The notes: a model not told the origin generated them from the letters alone. A stretch of DNA of 64,000 nt from Felis catus (GCF_018350175.1 NC_058368.1:25112001-25176000); one strand, 5' to 3'. Shown: positions 35,953-48,584, numbered from the stretch's first letter. Made by a program: numbers and translations.

Positions 35953-36734
35953 AAATAATTCTATTTCCAAGATGAACTGTAATTCATTTATTCAATCCTG
36001 CATACCTTTGGACATTTAGGTTACTTGCAGCCGTTCATTGTTAAAAGACCCTAATGAGTATCTTTGTATGTATGTTTCGCATACTTATCTGTTACTTTCT
36101 TAGGATAAACTTCTTAGACCAGAAACGCTAGGTACATATACACTTTTGAGGCAGTTGCTCTGTATTTCCCAACTGTACTCCAGGACATCATACTGATTTA
36201 CACTTTTAGCAACAGCGTCTAAGAAATCCTCTTTCCCTAGACCCATGAAAGGCACCTTTTAAAGTCCTGTAGGTCATCTTTGCCCTTGGACTCCCAACAC
36301 TCCCTGACAGCAGCTTACAGAAAGAGCTCTGCACCGCTCGTGTGCACCAAACAAAGGAAGATGGGCAGGAAGCCATAAACTGGAGGACTAACTGAGAAGC
36401 GCTGTCAAAACATAGTGAAATTTTGCTTAAGAGAATGAAGAAAGAGAAGAACAAGGTGTCAGCCTGAGATATGTGGCTTGGTTCCCTCTTGCCTTCCCTT
36501 CTGTTTTAAAAGCAGCAATGCTTTCTGTTTATGCAGCTCTTCTGAGAAAGTTAGATTACCCCCGGCAAGGTTTCAGCTTTCAACCCTTTTCCGGATTTGA
36601 GTAGAGTTGATATCTGTGTGCTTTTACATAGATTATTATAGCAAATCCTCCCTACGGCTACATTTTTTGGTGCTGGTATGATCATCCACTTTGCTAGGGT
36701 TTAGAACCTCTGGTCCCCAGTCTAGTGCTCCCTT

Positions 36735-36924
36735 TATTTTTTATTTTACTTTTCCAAGGTTTTATTATTTATTTTGAGAGACAGAGAGAGAGAGAGAGAA
36801 AGGACCCAAAGCAGGCTCTGCACCACCAGGGTGAGCCCAATGCGGGGCTCGAACTCATGAACCGTGAGATCAAGACTTGAGCCGAAGTCAGACATTTAAC
36901 TGACTGAGCCACCCAGGCGCCCCC
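36735..36924 (-). mobile_element. Carnivore SINE
   Basis: TSD agtg(c/t)tcccttta. Confidence 0.9.
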
Positions 36925-37245
36925 AGTGTTCCCTTTAAATATTCCACTCTTTCACTTAAGACTTAAGACATTGGAATAAATACATATTATTAGCCCCAGG
37001 ATCTATGGCAAAAATGGCCATTTTTACATATTTCCTGCTATCAACTTTGGTCATGCTTTGACTTTTTCCTGAGGGAGGGTACAGCACAGATCATGAAAAC
37101 AGTGAAATCTGGTCCCAGCTATTCTACAGATGCCATGACATTAACTGCATTAATGGGACCCTCTTCACTGTGTGAGTGACTCTCTAGGGTCGCGGTTACT
37201 GATTCGTGAGGAGATACCAAAGTTCGGACAGGGCTCTAAGGGCCC

Positions 37246-37721
37246 TGCGATGGTTAATTTTTCTGTCAACTTGGCTAGGCCACGGTACTCAGATATTTGG
37301 TCAAACGTTATTCTAGATATTTCTGTGAAAGTGATTTTTTCCCCCAGTGAGTTAACATTTATATCGGCAGACTCTGAGTGAAGCAAATTACTCTTCACAA
37401 GGTGGGCAGGCATCATCTACCCAACCAAAGGGCTTAATAGGAAAAAACCGACCTCCCCAGAGAATGAGGAAATTCTGCCTCTGGACTGCATTTGGACTTG
37501 AACTGCATCAAATCTTCCCTGCACCTGCAGGCTGCTGGTCTGCCCTGCAGATTTTGAACTTGCAGCCTCTACAACTATGTGAGCCAATTGCTTAAAATAA
37601 GTTCTATTTTCTCAGATAGAGAGATAGATAGATAGATAGATAGGCAGAGAGATGATGTAGATACAGTTATAAATATACATATAGATCCTTGCTTCTGTTT
37701 CTTTGGAGAACCCTATTTATA
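37246..37721 (+). mobile_element. ERVL solo LTR (MLT2B/C-like) with internal (GATA)n
   Basis: Starts tgcgatggttaatttttctgtcaacttggctaggcc, ends ttctgtttctttggagaaccc; perfect 5-bp TSD ggccc at 37241-37245 and 37722-37726. Confidence 0.9.
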
Positions 37722-39065
37722 GGCCCATCGTCAACTCGTGACAGAGCTTTCTGGTCAGGGTTTCTAACTTATCTAGTGTCACTCCCAAAGTCAAGAAGCA
37801 AGCATAGATAAACTAACTCCATTCCAGCCTACTTTTCAAAGACAAGTTCAAATGACAATGATGAAATAGTAACGTCCCAGGTGCTGTGCCAAATTCACAA
37901 CCCAACACTAGGGGGTTGGCCTGGGGCCCACATTGACAGAAGAGGAAGCTGAGGCCTGGGGAGGCTGAGTTCCCTGCGGTTAACCTTGTCAACGTGACTC
38001 CAACTAAATAGTATGAGCGGCTCCAGGTGGCGGGCCTGGGGTTCAGATCCAGGTTCGGCTGGCCTGCCTGACTCCCAAGTTCAGGCTTTCGACCTCTATG
38101 CCACCCTGCATTGTTGTAAAAGTGGTTTGGCATTTGAAAAAACATTCAGTACCAACTGGGCAGGAGCAGGGCTCTAAATTCTCTTTACTTGAGCGCCCGT
38201 GAAAACCAACCAAACATTGTCCCAGGTTCTGAGCACACGAAATGAGGTTCTGGAGGGAAGAGAGTCTTTTCCTGAGCCGGTGCGTTCAGAGCGTCTCCAC
38301 CTGGAGAACGACTGAGATGCTCCACATGTCCCACTGATCGTTTCCAAACCTCTGTCTTCGTGTCCAACTCTGACCCCTCCCTCATTCCCTGCAGAGATGG
38401 GCTCCTGACTCAGCTCCTCCCAGGCTTCCGGTGACCCCAGGGGGCCGCCTTCTGGCCAGGTAGCCTGCTGGCTGCACTACCCGTTGGCTGAAAACATCTC
38501 TAGCACATTCCCCGGACCTGCTGTTCTCGCTCTCTTCTCACTGCCCCACTCTCCTTCCTTGATCTCCTTCCTCTGCAGCTAAAAAGAACGGAAGCAGGAG
38601 TGAGGGGGAGGAGAAGAGGAGGGGGAAGACCGAAGTATCCCTTTCCTCTCTTCTTCCCGCTCAAGTCCAGACATAGTGAAAACCTAATAAGCATCTTTCG
38701 GCCTTGTGAATAGATGCCGCCGTAACTGTCACGAGAAAACGTCAATGTGTTTTAACACTCAAGGGGACGGAGCTGTAAGAAGGCCCCGTCTACCTCTGTT
38801 TGGAGCCATGGAAGGGAAAATGACAAGATGACAACAGGCACCGGACTCCTATTGGGGTCCAGGCAGATTATGATATGAAACACACCACTTGCCCTTCCTT
38901 TTACTGACGACGCTTCGTGTGTTATGGCAGTACGTTCACCCAGAGAATAGTCAATATTTTATAGCATCCGCCCCTATTTCCCTAGGAAAGATTTACAGAA
39001 TCATTCTGCTTCTTCATTTCCACTGCTTTCCCCCTCCCCCACCCGCCGCCACAGAAGCAGCTGCT

Positions 39066-39079
39066 GTTGCCTTGGCAAC
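39066..39079. promoter_or_regulatory. RFX X-box motif
   Basis: GTTGCCTTGGCAAC, near-perfect palindrome in TE-free sequence. Confidence 0.55.
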
Positions 39080-39503
39080 GTTACAGAATAAACTTGTTGC
39101 TTTTGGGCCATCTGTACCCAACCTGAGCTACGTTGAGGCGGTTTGTTTCCTCTTCCTGTTCGTCACCCACCAAAAGTCAGACGTTGCAATCCAGACGCTG
39201 AATTACAGGCCTGTCTCAAAGCTAGAAGGGCCAATTCCTTCCTCTGGTTTCGGGTTTTCCCGTAGGACCCTTAGTCAAACATGTGCGGCTGCTAGGGAGT
39301 CAGGACCCCCCCCAGCACATTACAACCCAACGGGGTTAGTCCATGTGATGGCAGAAAACAGAATCTCCATGGATGGAAATCACAGGGCTACGGTGTGAAA
39401 AAACAAGTACTTTAGATTTATAAGCGTTTTTGCTGACTTTATCTATTTGTCCTATTCCAAAAAAGAGATAATGTAGCGATTATAAAAATAATATTTGTAT
39501 CTT

Positions 39504-39727
39504 TTTTTTTAAACTTTTTTTTTTCAACGTTTATTTATTTTTGGAACAGAGAGAGACAGAGCATGAACGGGGGAGGGGCAGAGAGAGAGGGAGACACAGA
39601 ATCGGAAACAGGCTCCAGGCTCTGAGCCATCAGCCCAGAGCCCGACGCGGGGCTCGAACTCCCGGACCGCGAGATCGTGACCTGGCTGAAGTCGGACGCT
39701 TAACCGACTGCGCCACCCAGGTGCCCC
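39504..39727 (-). mobile_element. Young cat SINE
   Basis: Perfect TSD aaaataatatttgtatctt at 39485-39503 and 39729-39747. Confidence 0.95.
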
Positions 39728-41006
39728 GAAAATAATATTTGTATCTTAAAGCAGATTGGGAAAATATAGAACAATATTTAAATACCACCAGCAACCCTGC
39801 TGCCCCCAGACACCGTTACGATTTTTTACATTTTTTTCTTTTGTGCCGTATGTTACTTTTAAAACATAAGATGGATTTATTTTATAAATGCAATTTTATA
39901 TCCTGATTTGCCTAATTCAATATACACCGGGCGCCTCTGCATGTTATAAAAACTATTTGAAACATGCTCGCTCTCTCTCTCTCTCTCTCTCTCTCCCATC
40001 CTTCTCTCTCTCTCCCTGTCTCTGCAATGTCTGTGTTATTGGTTAAAGAACCCAGTCATTTATCCAACCTGGAATTTGCTACTCAGGTCCCCATGTTGCC
40101 ATTTAGCACGTTCCTCTGTCCCCTACATTCCCTAAAAATTGGTAGCTAAACCTGGAAGTGTGATCAATGTGCATTTGTCACTTTGGCAAGAATGCTTTGC
40201 AAACAGTGCTGTAGACCTCCCCGATGGCACGCAGTGCCTGCCTGGCTATCTTCCTGTGATATCCAGATCCGTTAGGAATTTCAAAAAAGTATATTCTCAT
40301 TTCACCATTATTTCTTCATCTGTGAACTGGAGTCCTTCTACAGACAGAAACAACTTCTCGTTGCCTATTTAATTATACTCAGGTACAGTTCATAGAAGAA
40401 AGGTAGGATAAAGTCCTAATTTATTCCTTGTATTCACTAGCTATCACGATAATGGATTGAGTGCCCAGTACAATCCAAAGGGAACTAATTAGTTTTTCTA
40501 GTATCATTCTGAATTCATTTAAACATATTTGATATGTTTTAATCCATTACAGTTATTATTCTTAATCATGCTTCAATTGTCCCATCTTTGGCCAGTAGGG
40601 GCCTCTTTGCATTGCTTTCTGAATCCTTAAGAAGACTCTAGCATTTTTTCTAGTTTTTTGTTTTTTGGGTATTTTTTATCGCCTCGTTGCTTTTTGGTGT
40701 GATGAAATGCTCCAGGCTCATCTGAAACATTTTCTGCTCCAGATCTGGAACTAGCCATTTCTTCATAAATATCTAGTTTGTTGGTGTTCAAGGGGGAAAA
40801 TTTATACGGAAGCCGCAACCTGGGTTTTAACGTACTCATTTTTCAAGGTCTTTTCTGTGGATGGAATTAACAAACTTTGCTTTTGCTCTCCCTTTCCTCC
40901 TCTTCTTCCTCCTCCTCCTCTGGCTGCTCCTTAACATAAAATATCCCATTGCAATTACTGCCATTTGACTTTAAGACTACTGTATTTTTTAAACCTTATC
41001 AATCTT

Positions 41007-41230
41007 TTTTTTTTTTAATTTTTTTTTCAACATTTATTTATTTTTGGGACAGAGAGAGACAGAGCGTGAACAGGGGAGGGGCAGAGAGAGAGGGAGACAC
41101 AGAATCGGAGACAGGCTCCAGGCTCTGAGCCATCAGCCCAGAGCCCGATGCGGGGCTCGAACTCACGGACCGCGAGATCGTGACCTGGCTGAAGTCGGAC
41201 GCTTAACCGACTGCGCCACCCAGGCGCCCC
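41007..41230 (-). mobile_element. Young cat SINE
   Basis: Perfect TSD aaaccttatcaatctt at 40991-41006 and 41231-41246. Confidence 0.95.
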
Positions 41231-42045
41231 AAACCTTATCAATCTTAAGCCTGTGGGTCCTTTCTCTTACCCCAATGACACCAACACAATTATCTATTTG
41301 TTTCATCAACAATGTACACACATCAATCTACTCCAAAACTTAATGGCGTGAAGCCACAATAAACACTAGCGATGTCACAGTGTCAAGGAAGCAGCAAATC
41401 AGAAGCAGCTTGGCTGCCCAGTTCTGGGTCAGAGTCTCTCATGATATTGCAGAAGAACGTTAGCCAGGGCTGTGGTCATGTGAAGGCACGACTGGGGCTG
41501 AGAGAACGGTTTCCAAGGGGACCTACTTACATGGCCACCAAGCTGATGCTGGACGTTGACAGAAGACTTCAGTTGTTCTCAGAGGGCTGTTGGAGGGTCC
41601 TCACAGCATGATTTCTGGCTTCCCCTAAAGTGAGTACTCAAGACAGCAAGGTGTAAATGGCAATGACTTTCACGGTCTCGGCTCAAAAATCATACATTGT
41701 CATGTCTATCACATTCTGTTGTTATAAGTGAATCACCATGTCTGCTCATATTCAAAGGGAGGAAAATGACTCTCCACCCATTGAAAGAGCAATGTCAAAG
41801 TATGTGTAGGCATGTTTCTTTCTAGTCTCTGGCTTACTGATTTACACTGCAAATGTTAAAGTACACTTACCTTTCCAAAGACTCCCCAAAACTCATTCTT
41901 TTAGGACATCAGCTTGAAGTCTAGGATCTTGTTACCTAAATCAGGTCCAGGTGTGGAGAAAACACCTCAGGATTCCTAGAGTATAGCTCCTCGAGTACAG
42001 TTTCTCAAAACATGAAGACCTACGACCCAGAAAGAAAAGTTACAT

Positions 42046-42665
42046 CCTACAATCTAGCAACTGCACCACAAGGCATTCAGCCAAAGGACACAAAACTGCT
42101 GATTCAAAGGGACACATGCACCCCAATGTTTATGGCAGCATTAGCAACAACAGCAGATTATGGAAAGAGCCCAAAATGTCCATCCACTGGATGGATAAAG
42201 GAGATGGATAAAGAAGGTGTGGAATATTACTCAACAATCAAGAAGAACAAAATCGTGCCATTGGCAACAACGTGAATGGAACTAGAGTGTATTATGCTAA
42301 GTGAAATAAGTCAGTCACAGAAAGATAAAAACCATACGATTTCACTCATGTAGAATTTAAGAAACCAAGTAGATGAACACAGGGAAAGGGAAGGAAAAGT
42401 AAGATAAAAACAGAGAGGGAGGCAACCATAAGAGACTCTTAAATACAGAGAACACACTGAGGGTTTCTGGGGGGGGGAGTTGGTTGGGGGCTGGGGCTAA
42501 ATGGGCAATAGGTATTAAGGAGGGCACGTGTTGGCATGAGGACTGGGTGTTATATGTAAGTCATTGTTCACTACATTCTACTCCTGAAACCATTACTACA
42601 CTGTATGTTAACCAGCTTGGATTTAAATAAAATTAAAAATAAAGAAGTAAACAAACAAATAAATA
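42046..42665 (+). mobile_element. Carnivore L1 3' fragment
   Basis: gggacacatgcaccccaatgtttatggcagcatt...attatgctaagtgaaataagtcagtc and A-rich tail. Confidence 0.9.
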
Positions 42666-42755
42666 GAAGAGAAAATATTTGCCACCTCTTTGCACATACA
42701 CACACTTAACAGTGGGACAGGCATAGGGTAACTACTATGGACCACCCCCACCCCC

Positions 42756-42756
<1 letters not shown>

Positions 42757-42801
<45 letters not shown>
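42757..42801. repeat. (CA)n microsatellite
   Basis: About 22 AC units. Confidence 0.95.
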
Positions 42802-42803
<2 letters not shown>

Positions 42804-42942
42804 ATAGAGGAAAACAGGAGACATGTAGAAGCCTCTGATCCATAGCAAAACCCACAGGGGCAAATGGTGGAAGTTCCTTGACTAGGACTCAATGCCTGAA
42901 AGTGAGTCTCCCTAGCTCTCAGCTCCAGCCTCTCTTCTCTTT

Positions 42943-43175
42943 TTTTTTTATTTTTTTTTTATTTTTTTTTCAACGTTTTTTATTTATTTTGAGACAGAGA
43001 GAGACAGAGCATGAACAGGGGAGGGGCAGAGAGAGAGGGAGACACAGAATCGGAAACAGGCTCCAGGCTCCGAGCCATCAGCCCAGAGCCCGATGCGGGG
43101 CTCGAACTCATGGACCGAGAGATCGTGACCTGGCTGAAGTCGGACGCTTAACCGACTGCGCCACCCAGGCGCCCC
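42943..43175 (-). mobile_element. Young cat SINE
   Basis: Perfect TSD cagcctctcttctcttt at 42926-42942 and 43176-43192. Confidence 0.95.
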
Positions 43176-44051
43176 CAGCCTCTCTTCTCTTTACTCCACC
43201 CTCTAGGTCGCCCTCGTCTCATTGAGAAAGGCAGCCCAGGTCTTTTGCAGAAGAGTTTTAGCTTGCTTCCTGCCTGCAGAAGCTTCAGGGTCCTAAGGCC
43301 TCTTATCATTTTATACCGTTTCTGCCACCTTTCAATCCAACCTCGTGGGACTTCTGCCAATTTACTTCTCTTAAAAACCTCTTGGATCTCCTGTGATTCT
43401 GGTGGTGGCCCACTCGGACAAGACCACACTCACGAACTCTTCCAAAAATCAGCCCTCCTTGATCATGGGCTTCTACAAACAGTCCTTTCAAGAACCTCTA
43501 AGCCTTTTTAATACGTTCCGCCTCCGTCCACGGCCTAATTCCGAAGCCACTCCTAAACTTGAGGGTTTTGTAACGGCAGCACCCTACTCCTGGCACAAAT
43601 TCCGTAGTCATCTATTGCTGCATGATCAATTATCCTAAAACTTGGTGGCTTAAAGCAACACTACACAGGGATTATGCCACAGTTTCTGCAGGGTAAGAAT
43701 TTGAGAGCGACTCTGCTGGCTAGTTCTGGTGGGGATTTTCCCATAAAGCTGCAGGAAGGAATGTGTCCTGGGCTGAGGTTACCTGAAGGTGTGGCCCAGG
43801 CTGAGGGATCTGCTTCCAAGGTATCTCGTGTTCACGGTTGGCAAAGTAGTACTGGCTGCTGGCAGGAGACATAAGTGCCTCTCTGTATGGGTCTCTCTGG
43901 AAGGCTAATGGAATATCCTCATGGCATGAAGGCTGGCCCCAGAGCAGGAGATCCACCAGAACCATGGAGAAAACGCCATTCCTTTGATGATCTAGCTTCA
44001 GAAGTCACACATCAACATTCCCACACTTTTCATTAGAAGCAAGTCACTAAT

Positions 44052-44261
44052 GGGGCGCCTGGGTGGCTCAGTCGGTTGAGCGTCCGACTTCAGCCAGGTC
44101 ACGATCTCGCTGTCTGTGAGTTCGAGCCCCGCGTCGGGCTCTGGGCTGATGGCTCAGAGCCTGGAGCCTGTTTCCGATTCTGTGTCTCCCTCTCTCTCTG
44201 CCCCTCCCCCATTCATGCTCTGTCTCTCTCTGTCTCAAAAATAAACATTAAAAAAAAAAAA
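44052..44261 (+). mobile_element. Young cat SINE inside an MLT1 LTR
   Basis: Perfect TSD agaagcaagtcactaat at 44035-44051 and 44262-44278. Confidence 0.95.
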
Positions 44262-45282
44262 AGAAGCAAGTCACTAATGAGCGTCTCACGTTCATGCGGA
44301 GGCAGATCAGGGTCTTTCTGTAGGCGGTATTATATTTTTAAACCACTACAAACACTATCGTCAACAATATGATTACTAAGTGTAGCTGGGCGTTTAACTC
44401 ATTTTTGTCCTTAGGGTGTATTTCACTAAAGATTTACAGTCACATGATCATGTTCCAAAGTCGCCTAAAATTGTCCTTTCTGGGTGCCTATCCCCTCAAC
44501 TTGAAAAACTGTTGATTTATCTCACCTCGCTTCTAACTTTTGGGGATTTCTTTTTAGTTTTTGTTTCACAATTTTACAAAATAACCTCAAGGTTTCAAAC
44601 TCAAACCATAGAATAAGTGAATTCAGAGACGTGTGGCTTCATTTCTGCCTTGTCTCTCTTCCCTTCTCTCCCCTATCACTATCCTTGTTTTTAGTTTATT
44701 ATTTATTCTTCCACTTTTAAAACATAAATAACAAATACAAATCCCCCATTCGAAGATAAACATCTGCATTTTATACATAAGACTCTTCACATTGATACCA
44801 CCTGAATTCATTCCATAACAGTAGAGATAACTGTCATTTCTTTTTAAGGCTAATAGCCACTATTATATAGATGCATATAGTTTATTTCAACCAGTCCCCT
44901 ACAGAGGGATAATGTGGAGGTTTCGCATTTATACGTTTGTCATTATTAGTCTTACCGCCACCAACAGATGAGAGTGTCAGTCTCATGGAAGATCCATCAG
45001 CGCTGGATAGTATTGTTTAAAAATAAAAAAGTGCTAATTTGACGAGTAAAAGATGCTACCTTGTCTTAATTGGCATTTCTTGGAGTTCTAGTTCTATTAA
45101 ACATTTTCCACTTATTAATATTTTTTTCTTTTGTGTAATCTGTTTATATTTTGCATCTATTTTTTTATGATTTTAGTTCTTTAGAATGTATATACAAGGC
45201 TTCTTTATCAGGAATACAAATCTTTTGCTGTTGGGGGATGCAAATATATCCCCCGGCGTGTTGGTTGCTCTGGTTTTTGTTG

Positions 45283-45509
45283 TTTTTTTTTTTTAATTTT
45301 TTTTTTCAACGTTTATTTATTTTGGGGACAGAGAGAGACAGAGCATGAACGGGGGAGGGGCAGAGAGAGAGGGAGACACAGAATCGGAAACAGGCTCCAG
45401 GCTCTGAGCCATCAGCCCAGAGCCCGACGCGGGGCTCGAACTCACGGACTGCGAGATCGTGACCTGGCTGAAGTCGGACGCTTAACCGACTGCGCCACCC
45501 AGGCGCCCC
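45283..45509 (-). mobile_element. Young cat SINE without a visible TSD
   Basis: Near-consensus young body; left and right flanks unrelated. Confidence 0.95.
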
Positions 45510-45544
45510 CGGGCCTGAAGAATTTCCACGAAATAGTCGTAATC

Positions 45545-46003
45545 GTTAGTTAGCTAGGATCGTTAGCTAGAAGTACGACAACGCAGGTGGCTTAAACAAC
45601 AGAAATCAACAGTGTCACAGTTCTGGAAACGAGAGATCTGAGATCAAAATGTCAGCAGGATTGGTTCCTTCTGGAGGCTGTGAGGGAGAATCTGTTCCAT
45701 GCCCTCCCCCAAGCTTCTGGGGGTTTGCTGGTCAGCCTACGTGCTCCTTGTCTTGGAGATACATCGCCCCAGTCTCTGCCGTTGACCTCCTCTCGGTATT
45801 CTCCCTGTGTGCATGCCTCTGTATCCAAATTCTCCCTTTTTATAAGAACTCTGGTGATAGTGGATTACGGCTCGCACTAGTGACCTCACGTTAACTCGAT
45901 TACCGCTGTAATGACCCTATTTCCACCTAAGGTCACATTCTGAGGTACTGGCCGTCAGGGCTTCGGCAAATCTGTTTCTAGGGAAACAATTCAACCCACA
46001 ACA
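45545..46003 (-). mobile_element. MaLR LTR (MLT1C-like)
   Basis: ggtggcttaaacaacagaaat...gttccttctggaggctgtgagggagaatctgttccatgcc...acaattcaacccacaaca. Confidence 0.85.
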
Positions 46004-46596
46004 GTCACAAAACTAGAGCACGGATCAGGAAACAGAGCACACCTAGCTTTCTAAAACCTACCATGCGCTCTCTTCAGCCACAAGCCCTTGCCAAAGTTAC
46101 CGCAGCCCCGTCTCCCGACGCCGTAGATTACCTTTTCTGTGTTCTTCAACGACACATGAACGGAATCACACGACACGTACTCTTCTGTATCACATCTGTG
46201 CCTCAAAATCGTATCTGTGAGATCCACGTTACTGCATGGCTGCAGGTAGCAAAGAATTCACGTCTTCGTGTCTAGGTAGTTATTTGCAGAAGGAGGACAA
46301 AATGGGGTAATTTACCCAGTTTCTTGTTGATATTTGGGCTGTGCCCAGTTTTTAACCGCTGTGGATATAGGTGCAATGTTGCAGCGAAAATCCTGGCGCA
46401 AGTCTTCTGCTCAGCACATGTTCACACTGCTGTTGGGCACGTGAAGCGGGCTTTCTGGGTCGCAGACAGGCTATCAATATGCTTAGCTTTAGTAGATGAT
46501 CCCCAACAGTTTTCCAAAGTAGTTTCCAGCCGTGCACGAAATTTTTTCGTTGTTCCACATCTTCACTAACGCTTTGGAGTGACTTGGACAAAAAAA

Positions 46597-46812
46597 TTTT
46601 TTTTAATGTTTTATTTATTTTTGACAGAGAGAGAGAGAGACAGAGCATGAGCAGGGGAGGGGCAGAGAGAGAGGGAAACACAGAATCTGAAGCGGGCTCC
46701 AGGCTCTGAGCTGTCAGCACAGAGCCCGATGCGGGGCTCAAACTCACAAACCACGAGATCATGACCTGAGCCGAAGTCGGACGCCCAACCGACTGAGCCA
46801 CCCAGGCGCCCC
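46597..46812 (-). mobile_element. Cat SINE (SINEC_Fc2 type)
   Basis: TSD gacaaaaa(a/t)attttt. Confidence 0.9.
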
Positions 46813-47589
46813 AATGACAAAAATATTTTTGATGAGAAGAGGTGGAGAAGGAGGAGAATAGCTTCTCGTTGAAGTTATTATGAAAACCAGGCACTGGCCG
46901 ACCTCTATTATCTCATTTAATCTGTAAGCTACTTTTTAGGGGGAAATTATTAGCTTCATTTCACAAGACAACAAAACCAAGCATCAGTGAAATAAAGCAA
47001 TTTGCCCAAAGTAACAGGAAGTAGCAATATAGGGTTTGAATTCAAATTTGTCAGGACGTTCTAGTCCAGATAAACTATAAATCTGGTTGCTGTGGAGGTG
47101 AAGGGAAGCCCTGAACATTACGGTGTAACATGAGGCAGCAGGGGGGTGGGGGTGGGGGGGTTGGCATGGCTATTGCAGAGGACCCGACTTAGTGGTAAAC
47201 AGTGACACAGCTCTAAATCTCTATTTGAAGGTTGGTTTATGCCACCCTATTTTGGAGACATTAAGCATGAACATCTGCTGTTAGGGTTAACTCCAAACGT
47301 TTTCCAACGGATGAGTTTTGTGAGAACTGATTCTGAGGACAGATGATGTGCTTAATACCCTAAACTAGAGTTACGGAAACCAGTTTTCGGGTAGAGAGTT
47401 AGAGCAAGGGCTCACGTCCGGAACTAAAGAAAAACATCCAGCAGAGCAGGTCAGGGGTGCTGCCCCCACTGCTCATGTCAACATGCATTCCTCAGCCCCT
47501 GGGTCCTGACTCCTAGCCTGGTCTCCAGCCCTCAATGGTGGCCTCCAGCTCATATCGGGAATACCTATCCTTAAGAACACAGCAGGAGT

Positions 47590-47817
47590 GGGGCGCCTGG
47601 GTGGCGCAGTCGGTTAAGCGTCCGACTTCAGCCAGGTCACGATCTCGCGGTCCGGGAGTTCGAGCCCCGCGTCGGGCTCTGGGCTGACGGCTCGGAGCCT
47701 GGAGCCTGTTTCCGATTCTGTGTCTCCCTCTGTCTCTGCTCCTTGCCCGTTCATGCTCTGTCTCTCTCTGTCCCAAAAATAAATAAGCGTTGAAAAAAAA
47801 AATTAAAAACAAAACAA
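47590..47817 (+). mobile_element. Young cat SINE
   Basis: TSD aacacagcaggag at 47576-47588 and 47818-47830; (AAAAC)n tail. Confidence 0.95.
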
Positions 47818-48563
47818 AACACAGCAGGAGCAAAGTCCACTGTTTCCGTGCCCTCTGCTTGTGTGGCCCTCAGTGGTAGGGTGAATCTCCACAGGGAAAA
47901 ATATTTCAGGGAGCAGGAAGAAAATACATACTTGCAAATAATCACCCTTCTGCCAGAGCTATGCAGTAGACTCAAGACTTGGGAGGCTGCTTTGAATCGG
48001 GCACTGTGCAGGGTACTTACAGATACATCAACTTAGTCTTCACAACGACCCTGAGAAGCAAATAAATTTCTGCTATCCCCACGTTACAAGTGTGGGAACC
48101 AAGCCTCAGTGAGATTAAGAAACCTGTCTGAGGTTATACAATCTCTGTTTGTTTGTTTAAGTGAGGCAGTGCAAGAACACTGAATGCTTTCCTGCTGAAC
48201 TCCCGAAAGCTGCTTCTGGGGAATGAAAACTTCAGAAAGCAAATTCCGGGGTCGTGGTCTAGCAACCCTGATTTATGAACCATATAATGAGAGGGTCTAG
48301 GAACTCATGTCTTATAGCACGCATCACGGCGTGTGAGTTTCTAACCGGTTCAAATGCTGTCACCTTCTAGTTTTGTGTGAGTGCAGTCATTTTTAGAAAG
48401 TACAAAGTTTCCACTACTGAAAATGGAAGCAACAATTCAGTGTTTGGCGTGTTTCTTAAAGCATCGGTGTGGTTTTAAATTCGGGTCAAAACGAATCCCT
48501 GCCTTTGTCCTGGTTTCTGTAAACCTGTACCTTCTCCCCCCTAGAGTTTAATCTGTTGTTGGC

Positions 48564-48584
48564 TGACCTGGTCTGACCAGGTCA
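48564..48584. promoter_or_regulatory. Perfect 21-bp palindrome forming an everted nuclear-receptor repeat (TGACCT-n9-AGGTCA)
   Basis: TGACCTGGTC-T-GACCAGGTCA; 10-bp arms, 1-nt spacer. The palindrome is certain; the function is inferred. Confidence 0.4.

Larger units (their letters stand above)
41290..44350 (-). mobile_element. Relic two-LTR MaLR element (MLT1G-like LTRs plus internal region), interrupted by an L1 and SINEs
   Basis: Two homologous same-orientation LTRs (~41290-41820 and ~43604-44350) flank MLT1-internal-like sequence (catcagcttgaagtctaggatc...aaatcaggtccaggtgtgg; gcagcaccctactcctggcacaaattc). Confidence 0.7.

Noticed and set aside
38889..39398. 169-aa ORF with PPPPPAATEAAAV
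   Set aside because: TTG start and antisense to the host gene; the low-complexity peptide reflects the GC-rich motif cluster.
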